Source: the human T2T-CHM13v2.0 reference genome, Homo sapiens. From it: a DNA stretch of 64,000 nucleotides. Position 1 is the first letter of the stretch. Every line of letters begins with the position of its first letter. A program made the position numbers and the translations under genes. The notes under the pieces are model-generated. The model searched no databases, had not been told where the DNA came from, and saw nothing but the letters and a program-made list of their open reading frames with translations. Shown piece after piece: positions 1 to 14,061 of this stretch. The DNA lies in the NCBI RefSeq assembly GCF_009914755.1, contig NC_060938.1; one strand, written 5' to 3'.

Positions 1-929
1 ATCATATCTGCACTCCCATGTTTGTTGCAGCACTTTTTTTTTTTTTTTTTAGATGGAGTCTCACTCTGTCGCCCAGGCTGGAGTGCAATGGCATGATCTC
101 CGCTCACTGCAAGCCCCACCCCCCCAGGTTCATGCCATTCTCCCGCCTCAGCCTCCTGAGTAGCTGGGACTACAGGTGCCTGCCACCATGCCCAGCTAAT
201 TTTTTTGTATTTTTAGTAGAGACAGGGTTTCACTGTGTTCGCCAGGATGGTCTCAATCTCCTGACCTCATGATCCGCCCACCTCAGCCTCCCAGAGTGCT
301 GGGATTACAGGCATGAACCACCGCACCTGGCCTGTTGCTGCACTATTTACAATAGGACCAAAATTTGAAACCAACCTATGTGTACAATAGATGAATGGAT
401 AATGAAAATGTGGTACTCATCCGTAATGGAGTACTATTCGGTCATAAAAAGAATGTGGTCCTGCCATTTGCAACAACATGGATGGAACTGGAGGTCACAT
501 GTTAAGTAAAATAAGCCAAGTAGAGAAAGACAAACATCACATGTTCTCAATTATTTGTGGAATGTAAAAATCAAAACAATTAAACATGGAGACAGAGAGT
601 AAAGGATAGTTTATCGAAGGCTGGGAAGGGTAGTGGAGGGGGTGGAGCAGAGTGGGGATTGCTAATGGGTAAAAACAAACAGAAAATATGAATAGCTAGT
701 ATTTCATAGCACAACGTTGTCATTATAGTCAAAATAATTGTGCATTTTAAAATAATTAAAGAGTATAATTGGATTACTTATAATACAAAGGATAAATACT
801 TGAGGGGATGGATACCCCATTTTCTATGATGTGATTACTACACATTGCATGACTGTATTGAAACATCCCATGTAACCCAGAAATATATACCTCTACTATG
901 TACCCGCAAAAAATAAAAATGAAATAAAA
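1..929 (+). mobile_element. L1 (L1MA-type) ORF2 end/3' UTR fragment, interrupted by an Alu
   Basis: L1 3' motifs (GCACTCCCATGTTTGTTGCAGCAC, GCAACAACATGGATGGAACTGGAGG, CACATGTTCTCA) ending in an A-rich tail at ~907-929. Confidence 0.8.
35..332 (-). mobile_element. Alu (AluY/Sc-like), full length
   Basis: Poly-T followed by antisense dimeric Alu; TSD TGTTGCAGCACT (23-34) / TGTTGCTGCACT (333-344). Confidence 0.95.
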
Positions 930-2649
930 GTTGATCTACTTGCTTTGTTTGCTGTTTCTCTTTAAAATGCTATTTTTTTTTTTTTTGGTAATGACTTCAA
1001 TTGAGAGTTTTAACAGTTAATGAAATGACAGATTTTATTATGGCATTTACATATTAAACAAAAACGACAAAAATTACTTTTGCACAATGCTTATGACAGG
1101 TTTAGACTATAAATAGTTATATTCTGAAAGTTTGGTGAGTTAGTTCAAGACTGTTAAAGAATGTTATTGTTACTTTCAAGTAACGGATGAATAATTTAAA
1201 ACCTGGGATGGAATGTTGTACAATAACGTATATTGATGGCTTGGCTATTTTTAGCCCAGCTATAGAAATAAGCCTGAAAGATTTAGAGACAGTTGACTAG
1301 GAAATTCAGAATACTAGCTTAATGGTAAAAAGAAATGGTTTGGATGCCTTAAAGGTGCATATACAATTATTAGTATACTTAATGTGGAGTGCAATAAATA
1401 CTTTTCTGATATGTTGTTGAGGTCATTAACATGAAGGAATGAGTAATCAAAAATAATTTCTGTAGCTAATTACTGAAATATGTGTACATCTGTGCTATTG
1501 CTAAACTTCTCTTATTGGTTTACTGAGTAAGAAGTTAGACAAAATAATTTGGACATAAAGATGCATGGCAGAAGTCTCTTGGATCAATAACAGATTGTCT
1601 GAAACTAGATTTCTGAATACCCAAATTATAATGAAACACGTTGTAAAATGAAAACTCAGAAAAGGATTTAGAAGACAGGTGTAAAGAAAAAAAACTTGCA
1701 TTTTATCAGTCAGAAACTGATTCATGGAGAAGACTGATGGAGCAGAGAAGGAAAGAATGCTATCATGAGTTCAATTTGTGTGACTTTCAAGAGAATACCT
1801 CTGTTAACCAGGGTCTAGCTTTCTCCTGGAGGTAATAAACACTTCTTCTCACTTATTCATGGTTCTGTGGTAGTGAGAATACTTAGTTCAAAACAACCAA
1901 CTTTAATCTATAAATGGATAAACATAAAAATGACATAACAAAACAATGATATAAAAGCAGAGAAAATATGACCAAAAAGAAAAATTAAGATAATAATAGA
2001 AAATCAGAGATACAATTAGCATGCAAAATGTACCTTACCAATTTCTAGAGCCCAGAGTTGCTAGAAGCAAGTAACAGATTAGTACTGCACTTCTTGGTGG
2101 TAAAGACAAGGAAGGGAAGCTAACTACTGTATCCAGTGAATAAAAGCACATAATCCATGAGAATAGGAATAACTACTGCTGGATTTGAAAACTGAGAACA
2201 AGTAATCAATGAAGATGTCACCAACATCCCTATGATAAATATTTCAAGTTTCAATTGAGTAATTATTTTATTGACCCTAAATGCAAGCCAAATACAAAGC
2301 AAATCAATGAGTAAAATTCTACACATCAGAAAACAATGTTACCTATCTAAGCAGCTTTCTGATCTGGTTTGATCTAAGGATAAAATCTAATAAAATTCCT
2401 ATGCCTTAGAGCTTAGGTTTTCTATACTTCAGTCACATAAGGTGCTGGTTAACTTGCAGATCTCAGGACTTTATTTAAAGGTGTTTTATGGTCCACAGAT
2501 CACTTTAAACATGGCTTTAGGAAGTCTTTCATGAATATTGTATGAGGTAGAAAGATATTCAGATGAAAAAAGTGGAAACTTAACATCATGGGCTTAAGTA
2601 AGGAATGTTAATCTAACAAAAAGTGTGGAGAGAAAAAAGACAGTTCTTC

Positions 2650-2940
2650 GGTGTCATAAAGACATTCTATCTTTTTGCTCTGCCATCTTCAGAATGTAGC
2701 TTTAATCTATTTGATCACAAAATTTTTCCTGTTCCTTCAATGCACCACATACAAGAATGAGTGAAAGAGAAATGCAAAAAATGAAGGTGGATACGGCCTT
2801 ACTCTGCTGTTTTAAAATTTGTTTTCCCAAGAAGTCCCACCTAGCTATATCTTCTTGCAATTCTTCTTATATTTCATTGAATTGAATTAAATCACATGAC
2901 TACTGCTAGAAGCAAAAAGTCTGAGAATGCGGGTATTTTA
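2650..2940 (-). mobile_element. Ancient ERVL/MaLR LTR remnant (MLT1/LTR33-like)
   Basis: Degenerate resemblance (TCTGCCATCTTCAGAATG ... TCATTG ... TCACATGACTACTGCTAG ... TGAGAATG) to old ERVL-type LTRs. Confidence 0.35.
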
Positions 2941-4079
2941 AACAGATAGATAATCTCAAGTTTTAATTCTCTGATATGACATTACAAAAATCCAAAGTAT
3001 TTTTAGACATTAAGTGGTTAAAACTAAATATGAATATAATTTGATATGTAATGAATAAAATATTTAAGATCAATGTTAGCAAAGTTATGTACTATTTTCT
3101 ACTTTAAAAAAGTCAAACCACATGTCTGTGATTTTGTTCTACTACTCTCTATTTGGATAGTGTCTCATTTCCTATATGTAATGTCATTTTTGAGTTTACT
3201 AGTGACTTTTTGTGTGTGTTCCCTATAGTTAAGTTTTGCTCTCCCCAGCAATTAACACTTTGTAAACCAAACCCCTATTTCAAATACCCAAGCCAATCTT
3301 GGAAGCAAAAGTAACAGCTCCAAAAATCTGAAAGATTAACATTTCTACTAAAGAAACCCTATTAAGATTCTTATTTTGGATTATAATGTTGTCCCTTCTG
3401 TCCTCAATCCCATCCTAAAAGTTGAGAACTCAGAAAGTAGTTGAGAAGCAATAGAGAATCAGAAAATTATATTTTTGTTTCCTATTTGAGTTGCATTTTG
3501 AGAAAATTTGCAACCTCTGTATAGCATTTGCAAAAGTCCCTATAAAATAATTAAAAATTAATATAAGGTCATATATAAACATATATATTTATATGAATTT
3601 ACATATTAGAGCTATATTCCTATTACATATATAGTATTTATAGAATGTTAGTAAATACATGATCCAGAAAACTAAGGTCAAACATTTTTAAAGTTCTCAG
3701 ATATCCATTTAAAGTTTCATTTACTTCATTGAATAAACTAAATAAAATTACTTTCTAAAAGGAACTTCAGGTGGATTTCACAACGCCTAATATTTCCCAA
3801 CTTTTATACTAATTATGGGGCTTAAGAGTGGGGTGTTGGCAACAATCGTGTCTTTTTCTCTATATCAACAGTTGATATTATATCAATGTGGCAAAATGAC
3901 TTATGGAAGAAACTGCACTGATAATTATTAAACCCTAAAGGACTACTGCATACAACTATAGGAATTCGAAAGGAAGAAATGACTGAAAGTAGTAGAGAAA
4001 TAAGTTGATAAAGTGACTAATAACATCCCATTTGTATTCCAAGGCCAAAATAACTACCTCTATTTAATTTAAATTTTCA

Positions 4080-4346
<267 letters not shown>

Positions 4347-5789
4347 CTAAATTTTCATCTGACTTATGACCTCCCACAGCAATTAGTCACTAACAAAGCT
4401 GTAATAATATAGAAAATTGCCTGCTAACTTTCCAAAATTATGCTTATATAAAATAAACTGGTGGAAATTAAATATTAATATGCTACATTGTACTAAATAG
4501 GTTATCAATAAATATTTGTTGATATTAAGAGAATACAAATTCAAAATTACTTGAATCTCAGCTATACAAACTGTTGGTATTAAAAATTTGGCATTAGGTG
4601 ACACAGAATTCCTACTATACTTGAAAATGAAGAGTTGCTACATTTTCTAACATTAACCTTATTTGCAAGGCTATTCTATTCTACGTGAAGAGACTTAAAA
4701 ACAATGACAATGAAAAGTTAAATTAAATCCTTTAAAGATGTGGCTTGTGGTGACCTACATGAGTGCAAAATCCACTATTAAATGATTATCTATTTAATTG
4801 TATTCTGTAGAAGTGATATTGCATTTTTCATCTACCTGTCATGTTTCAGGAGCAATTTGTATTGTTTAAGGACAAAAAGAGATTAGGGGATTTTTTGTGT
4901 GGGGTGACTCAAGGCAGGTATGCATACCTTATCTTAATGAAAGCATTTAGCAAGGACTGTAAGTTTATTCCACTTAAAATATTTTAAACACAGCCTTTTG
5001 CATTTTCATGCTTGAAACCAGCTTACATAGAGAGATGAGTCAGTGCAATGGATACTCCTAATGCCTCAAGGTTCCAGAGACAACAGCTTCAAAGAAAAGA
5101 AAGATAGGAAAAGCATTCATTCATATTTTGTGACAGGCACATCTCTGTTAGCTTATAAAGCCTAAAATGAACAGCTACTGCAAAAGATATTTGAAGTGAT
5201 GAATCCAACGTTTGAGAGCACTTGACATGCCTGGGAAGGCAGCCATGTGAAAGATTAAAATAGCCCACTCTGATTTTGGCTCCACTGAAGAGTAGAAGAA
5301 TCAGTCATGGAGGATGATTCAGAGAGCATTTATTTCACTGTGATATTATTTTCACACAGGTCCCATTTATTTGCTAATAAAATTATTCTTGAGGTTTATA
5401 ATTTGACTGTTGTAATACTTGTAGTTTCATTTTTTTATAATTTGTCCATAAATATGAAGCCTATTTCAGATGATGTGTTTGATTATTATGAGTACAGCAT
5501 GAAGAGAAGAAACAAGGTATAGGCATTGGGTTTCACCCAGGGCTATGTCGAAAAGCACTGCTGGAATTCTTTTGAGACTTTCTTGTTTGGTTTTTATTCC
5601 CTGTAAGTCTGGTTTACCTCCATCATTCACACAACAAGACTGAAGTTCACTGCCTTTTCATCCCTTAATAAGTTATTATAATTGGCAATGTGATTTTTAA
5701 GTACCAGCTAATTTGGTACTATTTGCTCTTTGCACTTAAACATGTTACCTACTCTGAGTAAACAACTGTGAGTTTATAAGACTACTCAA

Positions 5790-6012
5790 TGGTATGGTCA
5801 CCGGTTAAGAAATTTTACTCCCAGTTGACAGTTCTGCTTCGAAGCCCAGTTCTAATGACTGTGTGATTCTAGATGTGAATTTTGACTTTTCTGATCATCA
5901 GAAAATAAACACACTCCTTTTATGCGATTATGAGGATTAAAATGAAATAATCAACATAGAGTTTATCAAAATACATAATAAGGACGTAGCAAAGGTTAGC
6001 TATTATTATTTT
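5790..6012 (+). mobile_element. MIR SINE
   Basis: Degenerate tRNA-like head (GGTTAAGA...TTCGAAGCCCAGTTCT), CTGTGTGA core, TGAGGATTAAAATGA, and GTTAGCTATTATTATT end. Confidence 0.6.
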
Positions 6013-6657
6013 TAAGTGTGTGGTATTTTTTTTAAATCTGGACAAACGTATAGATGGCAAAAAGGAAAAAGTGCTGGCACAAGAACATAATCTCAGCAAA
6101 TGCATTTGGGAACACAGTGTGGAACTTTGATATGTTGGAACCAGTGTTGCAGTTTGAAAGCAAAGCTTGACCTTGGAAATGACCTATAGGCTAACACAAT
6201 CAAGACCCTGGACACAAATGATGGTCTTTGCATATCATTTTAGCCTTCAGCAGAAACTGCTACTCTGGAACCTGAAATCTATAGATGTACTTGTACTTGG
6301 ATCAACTCTCTGATCTATAAAAGAGCTAGGATAATTTGATATTTAACATTTAAACAACACAACAAAAACATAAGTGATGGCTTTCCTTAAGGTACTTTAA
6401 ACAATCTTCTATGGAACTAACAGTGGATTTCCACGCAAAATTTAAATATAGAGAACAAATAGTCACACATACGAAAAGTCATTAGTAAACTCAAAAAAGA
6501 CAACAGATACAGGAAACGAGACAGTATCCAAGTAGAGAGAAGTAGAACAAAACCACAGGCATGTGGTTTGACTTATTTTAAATCAGAAAATAATACATAA
6601 TCTTGCTGAAATTGATCTGAAATATTTCATTCATTACTTACCACACTATATTCATAT

Positions 6658-6951
6658 GGTCGGGCGTGGTGGCTCTCGCCTGTAATCCCAGCACTTTGGG
6701 AGGCTAAGACGAGCAGATCATGAGGTCAAGAGATCGAGACCATCCTGGCCAACATGATGAAACCCCATCTCTACTAAAAATACAAAAATTAGCTGGGCGT
6801 GGTGGTACATGCCTGTAGTCCCGGCTACTCAGGAGGCTGAGGCAGGCGAATTGCTTGAAGCCAGGAGGCGAAGGTTGCGGTGAGCCAAGATTGTGCCACT
6901 GCGCCTTAGCCTGGCAATAGAGTGAGACTCCATCTCAAAAAAAAAAAAAAA
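6658..6951 (+). mobile_element. AluSc-like, full length
   Basis: Dimeric Alu with poly-A tail; ATTCATAT repeated on both flanks. Confidence 0.95.
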
Positions 6952-7568
6952 TTACATTCATATTTAGTTTTAGTCATTTAATGTCTAAAAATACTTTTAA
7001 TATCTGTAATTTCATTCTAGAGAAGTAAAACTTCAGAGTATTTTTCCAACAAAAGTTTCCCCTATGTTTTTATGTAAATTTTTATTCTGTTTAGTTGGTA
7101 AAAATTTATTATATTTCTGCAATTTACCACAATACAATTCAGTATAAAAAGATATAAATTAAATATATATTTGACTACATGAAAATGTATTTAAAACTCT
7201 TATAAGGCAAAAAAAAAAAAACCATAAGTAGAGTCTGAAGTCAACTGAAAAGTAGAGATAAAAGTATTTGCAAAATATATTTTAGATAAAGCATTAGTAT
7301 CCCTAACACATTTTTAAATACCTAAAAATAAAGGAGTAAAAGCAAAATCACAATAGAAAATGGGCAAAAGACATGAACAATTTTTACAAAAATACAGAAA
7401 CATGGCTCATAAATATATCAAATGATATATTCTTTTCAAAATAAGATAATTACAAATTAAACTACACTGCTATATCATCTCTCACTAATCAGTTTGTGTA
7501 TATTTTAAAAGTGAAAATGTTGGTAAGGCTGTAGAAAATGGGCACTAGTGAGAATTCAAACTGGTATA

Positions 7569-7623
7569 GGCGACAGAGCAAGTCTCCGTCTCAAAAAAAA
7601 CAACAACAAAAAACAAAACAAAA
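7569..7623 (+). mobile_element. Extremely 5'-truncated Alu (24 nt of body plus tail)
   Basis: GGCGACAGAGCAAGTCTCCGTCTC plus A/C tail, flanked by perfect TSD CAAACTGGTATA (7557-7568, 7624-7635). Confidence 0.9.
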
Positions 7624-7980
7624 CAAACTGGTATAATATCTATAGAGGGGATTTTGCAATATCTATTTTAACAACATATGTGTTTAGCTTTCTACCCAGC
7701 AATCTCATTTCTAGGAACTTACCCCAAAGATACACCCAACAATACAAAAATATATATTCATAGTTATTCACGGCAGCATTGTTTGCAATTGTTTGTAATC
7801 TCCCATATGACCTTACATTGGTAAGTGGTTGAAAAAATAACTGTAGTAAAGCCATACAAAGGAGTATTATGTATCTGTTAAAAAAAAAAGAGAGAGTGAA
7901 AGAAAGGAATGAGAAAGACTCAATGAACCCATATATAGAGATGTCAAGGATACACTAAGCATTAAGTGAAAAAGCAAAGT

Positions 7981-8243
7981 CAAAAACCAAATATTGCATG
8001 TTTTCTCACTTATAAGTGAAAGCTAAATGATGAGAACACATGGACACATAGAGGGGAACAACACACACTTGGGTTTAGCAGAGGGTGGAGGATGGGAGGA
8101 GAGAGAGGATCAGGAAAAATTACTAATGAATACTGGCTTACTACCTGGGTGATGAAATAATCTGTACAACAAACCCCCATGACACAATTACCTATGTAAT
8201 GAACCAGCACATATACCCCTGAAATTAAAAGTTAAAATAAATA
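7981..8243 (+). mobile_element. L1PA13-like 3' UTR fragment
   Basis: GAGGATCAGGAAAAAT...TACCTGGGTGATGAAATAATCTGTACAACAAACCCCCATGACAC, typical of L1PA11-14 3' ends. Confidence 0.85.
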
Positions 8244-8476
8244 TTTTTTAAAGAGTAATTTTATAATGCTTTTTCTAAGTAAAAAGGAAATAGGAAAATA
8301 TTCAGATATCTGCTCATTATAAAAAGAAACACAAGTAAAAACTAGAGACTAGTGAGGTTGGTTATCTGTAGGGGATGGGTGAGAACAAGGAGAAAACATA
8401 GAAGAAATGTGAGGAGGGAGTGAATGACGCTTCTCTAAAAGAATTTTCCACACAATTTTGGCTTTCAAAACCATGT

Positions 8477-10906
8477 TGATATGATTTGGCTCTGTGTTCC
8501 CACCCAAATCTCATGTTGAATTGTAATCTTTGACATTGGGGGAGAGACCTCATGGGAGATGATTGGATCATGGGATGTATTTCCTCTTTGCAATTCTTGT
8601 GATAGTGAGTAAGTTCTCAAAAGATCTGATGGTTTAAAAGTGTGTGGCACTTGCCCCTTTACTATCTCTCTCTCTCTCTCCTGCCACCAGGTGAAGATGT
8701 GCTTGCTTCCCCTTTGCCTTCTGTCACGACTAAGTTTCCTGAGCCTTCCCAGTCATGCTTCCTGTACAGCCTGCTGAACTGTGAGCCAATTAAACCTCTT
8801 TTCTTTATAAATTACCCGGTCTCAGGTATTTCTTTATAGCAATGTGAGAATGGACTAATACAGAAAATTGGTACTGGAGAAGTGGAGTACTACTATAAAG
8901 ATACCAGAAATTGTAGAAGCAGCTTAGGAAATGGGTAAAGGGCAGAGGTTGGAACAGTTTCTAGGGCTCAGAAGAAGACAGAAAGATGAGGGAAAGTTTG
9001 GAACTTCCTTTTTTTTTTTTTTCCTTCCTAGAAACTTGTTGAATGGTTGTGACCAAAATGCTAATAGTGATATGGACAATGAAGTCAAGACTGAGGAGGT
9101 CTCAGATGAAGATGAGGAACTTACTGGGAACTAGAGTAAAGGTAACTCTTGCTATGCTTTAGCAAAGAGACTGGCAGCATTGTGCCCATCCTCTAGGGAG
9201 CTATGGAACTTTGAACTCAAGAGAGATGATTTAGGGTATCTTGAGGAAGAAATTTCTAAGCAGCAAAGCATTGAAAATGTGGCCTGGCTGCTTCTAAAAG
9301 CCTATACTTATTTGCATAAACAAATAAATGACCTGAAACTACTTATATTTAAAAGAGGAGCAGAGTATAAAAGTTTGAAAAATTTGTAGCCTGACCACAT
9401 GGTAAAAAAGAAAAACCCATTTTCTGGGGAGAAATTCAAGCTGCAAAAATTTGCATAAATAAAGAGGAGCTGAATTTTAATAGCCAAGACAATGGGCAAA
9501 GTGCCTCCACAACATTTCAGAGACCTTCACAGCAGCCCTTCCCATCACAAACCTGGAGGCCTAGGAGGAAAGAATGGTTTCATGGGCCAGGGCCAGGGCC
9601 CCAATGTTCTGTGCAGCCTCAGGACATGGCATCTTGCATAGCGGCCATGCCAACTATGGACATGGCTAAAAGGGGCCAAGATATAGCTCAGGCCATTGCT
9701 TCAGAGGGTGTAAGCCCCAGCTTTGGCAGCTTCCACATGGGGTAGGGCCTGTGGGTGCACAGAAGATAAGAGTTGAGCTTTGGGAGATTCCACCTAGATT
9801 TCAGAGGATGTAAGGAAACACCTAGATAACCAAGCAGAAGTCTGCTGCAGAGGTAGAGTCCCCATGGAGAACCTCTACGAGGGCAGTGCAGAGGGGAAAT
9901 GTGAGGTTGGATCCCACATACAGAGTCCCTACTTGGACATTGCCTAGTGGAGCTGTGAGAAGAGGGCCACCATCCTCCAGATCCCAGAATGGTAGATCCA
10001 CCAACAGCTGGCACCAAGTGCCTGGAAAAGCCACAGGCACTCAACACCAGCCCATGAAAGCAGCTGCGGTTGATATACCCAGCAGAGCCACAGGGGCAGA
10101 GATGCCCAAGTTCTTGGGAGCCCACCCCTTGCATCTGCATGCCCGGGATGTGAGACATGGAGTCAAAGGAGATCATTTGGGAGCTTTAAGTTTTAATGAC
10201 TGCCCTGCTGGGTTTTGGACTTGTGTGGGTCTCATAGCTCCTTTGCTTTGGCCAATATCTCCCATTTGAAATAGGATCATTTACCTAATGAAATAGGATC
10301 ATTTACTTAATGTCTGTACCCACATTGTATTATGTAAGTAATTAACTTGTTTTTGATTTTACAGGCTCATAGTTGGAAGAGAATTGCCTTGTCTCAGATG
10401 AGACTTTTGAGATGGACTTTTAAGTTCATGCTGGAATGAGTTAAGATTTTGGGGGACTGTTGGGAAGGCATGATTGTATTTTGAAATGTGAGAAGAACAT
10501 GAGATTTCAGAGTGGTCAGGGGTAGAATGGTATGGTTTGGCTCCATGTACCCAGCGAAATCTCAGGTTGAATTATAATCCCTAATGTTGGGGGATAGACC
10601 TTGTGGGAGGAGGTTGAATCCTGGGGACGATTTTCCTCCTTGCTGTTTTCATGATAGTGAGAGAGTTCTCATGAGATCTGATGGTTTGAAAGTGTGTGTC
10701 ACTTCCTACCTTTGTCTCTCTCCTGCTGCCACATGAAGATGTGCTTGTTTCCCCTTCACTTTTTGCCATAATTGTAAGTTTCCTGAGGCCTCTCAGTCAT
10801 GCTTTCTATACAGCCTGTGGAACTGTGAGTCAACTAAACCTCTTTTCTTTATAAATTACTCAGTCTCAGGTAGTTCTTTATAGCAGTGTGAGAACAGAGT
10901 AATACA
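8477..10906 (+). mobile_element. Complete ERVL-MaLR element (MSTA/THE1D-type): LTR 8477-8862, internal 8863-10527, LTR 10528-10906
   Basis: Two direct LTRs (TG(A/G)TATG(A/G)TTTGG...TAATACA); purine-rich tract before the 3' LTR; MaLR internal ORF remnants (ELWNFELKRDDLGYL); perfect 5-bp TSD CATGT at 8472-8476 and 10907-10911. Confidence 0.95.
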
Positions 10907-11249
10907 CATGTTAATGTTTGATACACTCAAGAAACTTTTAAAAAATTAATTGGGCTAGGGAAAACTCTACAAACACAAAAACAAATTAAACCATATTTCA
11001 CATGAATAATACAACCTACCTAAAGGGGAAAGAGAAACTAACTTTTAAACATAATTTTTATAAAACCAGAAACAAATATTGAACTGTAGTTTTTTTACAG
11101 TGATATAGGTTAATAATTCTCACACAAATTTCTGTATATTCTAGGATTAAGCAAAGTAGTAAATATATCATAGATGCCTGAACTTTCAAATGACTCAAAA
11201 TAAAAGTTATAATAATGTGTGTGTGTTTGTGTGTGTGTGTGTGCACTCA

Positions 11250-11766
11250 TGGGAAGGGCAAATATGAATTAAAAATAAGAGGCTTAATTCTCCCTGTTAA
11301 AAATAAGAGTAGAGAACACTCCTCTATTTTCTTATAGCATGTGCTTTAGAACAATTGTTATTATAAACGTTCTCTGACTCTGAAATGTATGTAAAGCTTT
11401 TTAGAAGCAAAATAAGGCTCCTACCAGCTTGAAGACCCAGGAATGTTTTTCTCAAATAACTGGGAATTAACTCTTTGAAATGTAGTCATCTAGGAAGATA
11501 ACTCCCCTATCTCCTGGTATTTGTGAGAGAGTAAGAAGGTACCTTGGACAGACCTCAGCTCCAGGTTACAAATAGATTGTATCTGCTGGGCTATAATAAA
11601 TGAGAGAGATTTCTTTCAGTCTAGGCACTCTCTTAGCAGATTGCCTGTGATATGCATCACATTCCAGATTAATGCTTATTCAATAATTAAATTTTATTTC
11701 TCTTCTACCTTTGTTGGGAGATTTTTCTGGACTAGAAAGATATGTTGTTGTAATTATATTTCCTCA

Positions 11767-11769
<3 letters not shown>
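11250..11769 (+). mobile_element. ERV1 solo LTR (MER89/MER67-like)
   Basis: AATAAGAGGCTTAATTCTCCCTGTT start and GATTGCCTGTGATATGCATCACATTC...CTACCTTTGT end resemble MER4-group LTRs; sits between two TG tracts. Confidence 0.65.

Positions 11770-11770
<1 letters not shown>

Positions 11771-11816
<46 letters not shown>
11771..11816. repeat. (TG)23 microsatellite
   Basis: Directly visible. Confidence 0.98.
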
Positions 11817-11820
<4 letters not shown>

Positions 11821-12427
11821 AAGAGAGACAGAGAAGAGGAAGAAACAGGAAGTAAGAAGGAAAAGTAAACATAGTGTTAACATTTGGGGAATCTGGATAA
11901 AGGTTTTCAAGGAATACTTTATATTATTCTTTAACCTCTCAATAAGTCTGAAATTATTTCAAAATAAAACGATAAAATATAGAATAAAATGACGTAAAAA
12001 GCACAGGGCACAGGAAAATTCTGAGCATGAAACTCAACATTCTTGGATTAGTTTTATTTGAGAAATCCAAGACCTTTACACAATTTTCAGAGTTTTTTCT
12101 ACTGTTCACCACTAATGAGATATCAAGCCTGGTCTATAAAAAATTTACCTATCTCATCACTTAAGGACAATTAATCAAACTTTTTAGAATTATATAACTC
12201 TTAGCTCTCAACATTCTAACAGGGATCATTTTATTCAATCTTTTGACAAATCAAGATGAGGTTAAATTTTCAAAAATGACTAGGAAGTTATTATCATCTT
12301 TGATTTGCAGACTGTGAAATAATGCGAGATGCAATGAATATTTATTAAATTCAGAAAATCTTCCATTTACAAAGGTAAAAATATTTGTAAGTCACTCTAT
12401 AAAATAAACAATAAAAACTATAATATA

Positions 12428-12743
<316 letters not shown>

Positions 12744-12842
12744 AAAAACTATAATATATACAAAAATTCAACTGTGACTTGAAATCAGAAAAGGTTTTAG
12801 TAATTTGTAATCAACATTTTGAGGTTAGAAACAACTACAACG

Positions 12843-13583
<741 letters not shown>

Positions 13584-13948
13584 CTATTTGCAAAGGGAGT
13601 GTCTCAATAAACTAAAAAATAACTTTGTAACTCTATGTACTAAAAGCACTTACTTTGATATACATGTCAGTTGTACAAGTTCAGTTTTCTAAGGTTATGC
13701 ACGTACTTTTGGGGTGGACAGGCTTTTAAATGTGTATTATTCACCAGGTATATATAATAGCATTACATATTTTTGTCTAACCAATTAATCTCATAATTCA
13801 AACCATCTTTACTCATCAAAATTATATAAAATGCAATAGGCTGAAAACAAAAGGCACATTTTGTAATTTTTTCATACTCCTATTATCCATTTGGCATAAG
13901 TACTTCTTTTAGCATCCTTCTTTTAGTACTTAACACTAGCTTTATTAG

Positions 13949-14061
13949 TTGCATTTGCAAAATATTCTAAAAGTATACAAATAATCATTATAAAAAATCA
14001 TTATAAAATCATTTTGCATTTGCAGAATATTCTAAAAGTATACAAATAATCATTATAAAAA
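13949..14061. repeat. 48-bp direct duplication with a 17-bp spacer
   Basis: 13949-13996 and 14014-14061 differ at one base. Confidence 0.95.

Larger units (their letters stand above)
7190..11990 (+). mobile_element. Old L1 (L1MC/ME-type) 3' region, fragmented by a mini-Alu, an L1PA13 3' end, a MaLR provirus and an ERV1 LTR
   Basis: L1 ORF2-end motifs (AAAATGGGCAAAAGACATGAACA, CCCAGCAATCTCATTTCTAGGA) and old-L1 3' UTR tail (AAGTCTGAAATTATTTCAAAATAAAA ~11945-11970); boundaries approximate. Confidence 0.6.

Noticed and set aside
3287-3326. Possible minus-strand 40-nt exon (IFGAVTFASKIGL)
   Set aside because: Weak donor (GTATTT) and short pyrimidine tract; compatible with chance
9688-10269. 162-aa (-) and 127-aa (+) ORFs
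   Set aside because: GC-rich MaLR internal sequence, not a host gene
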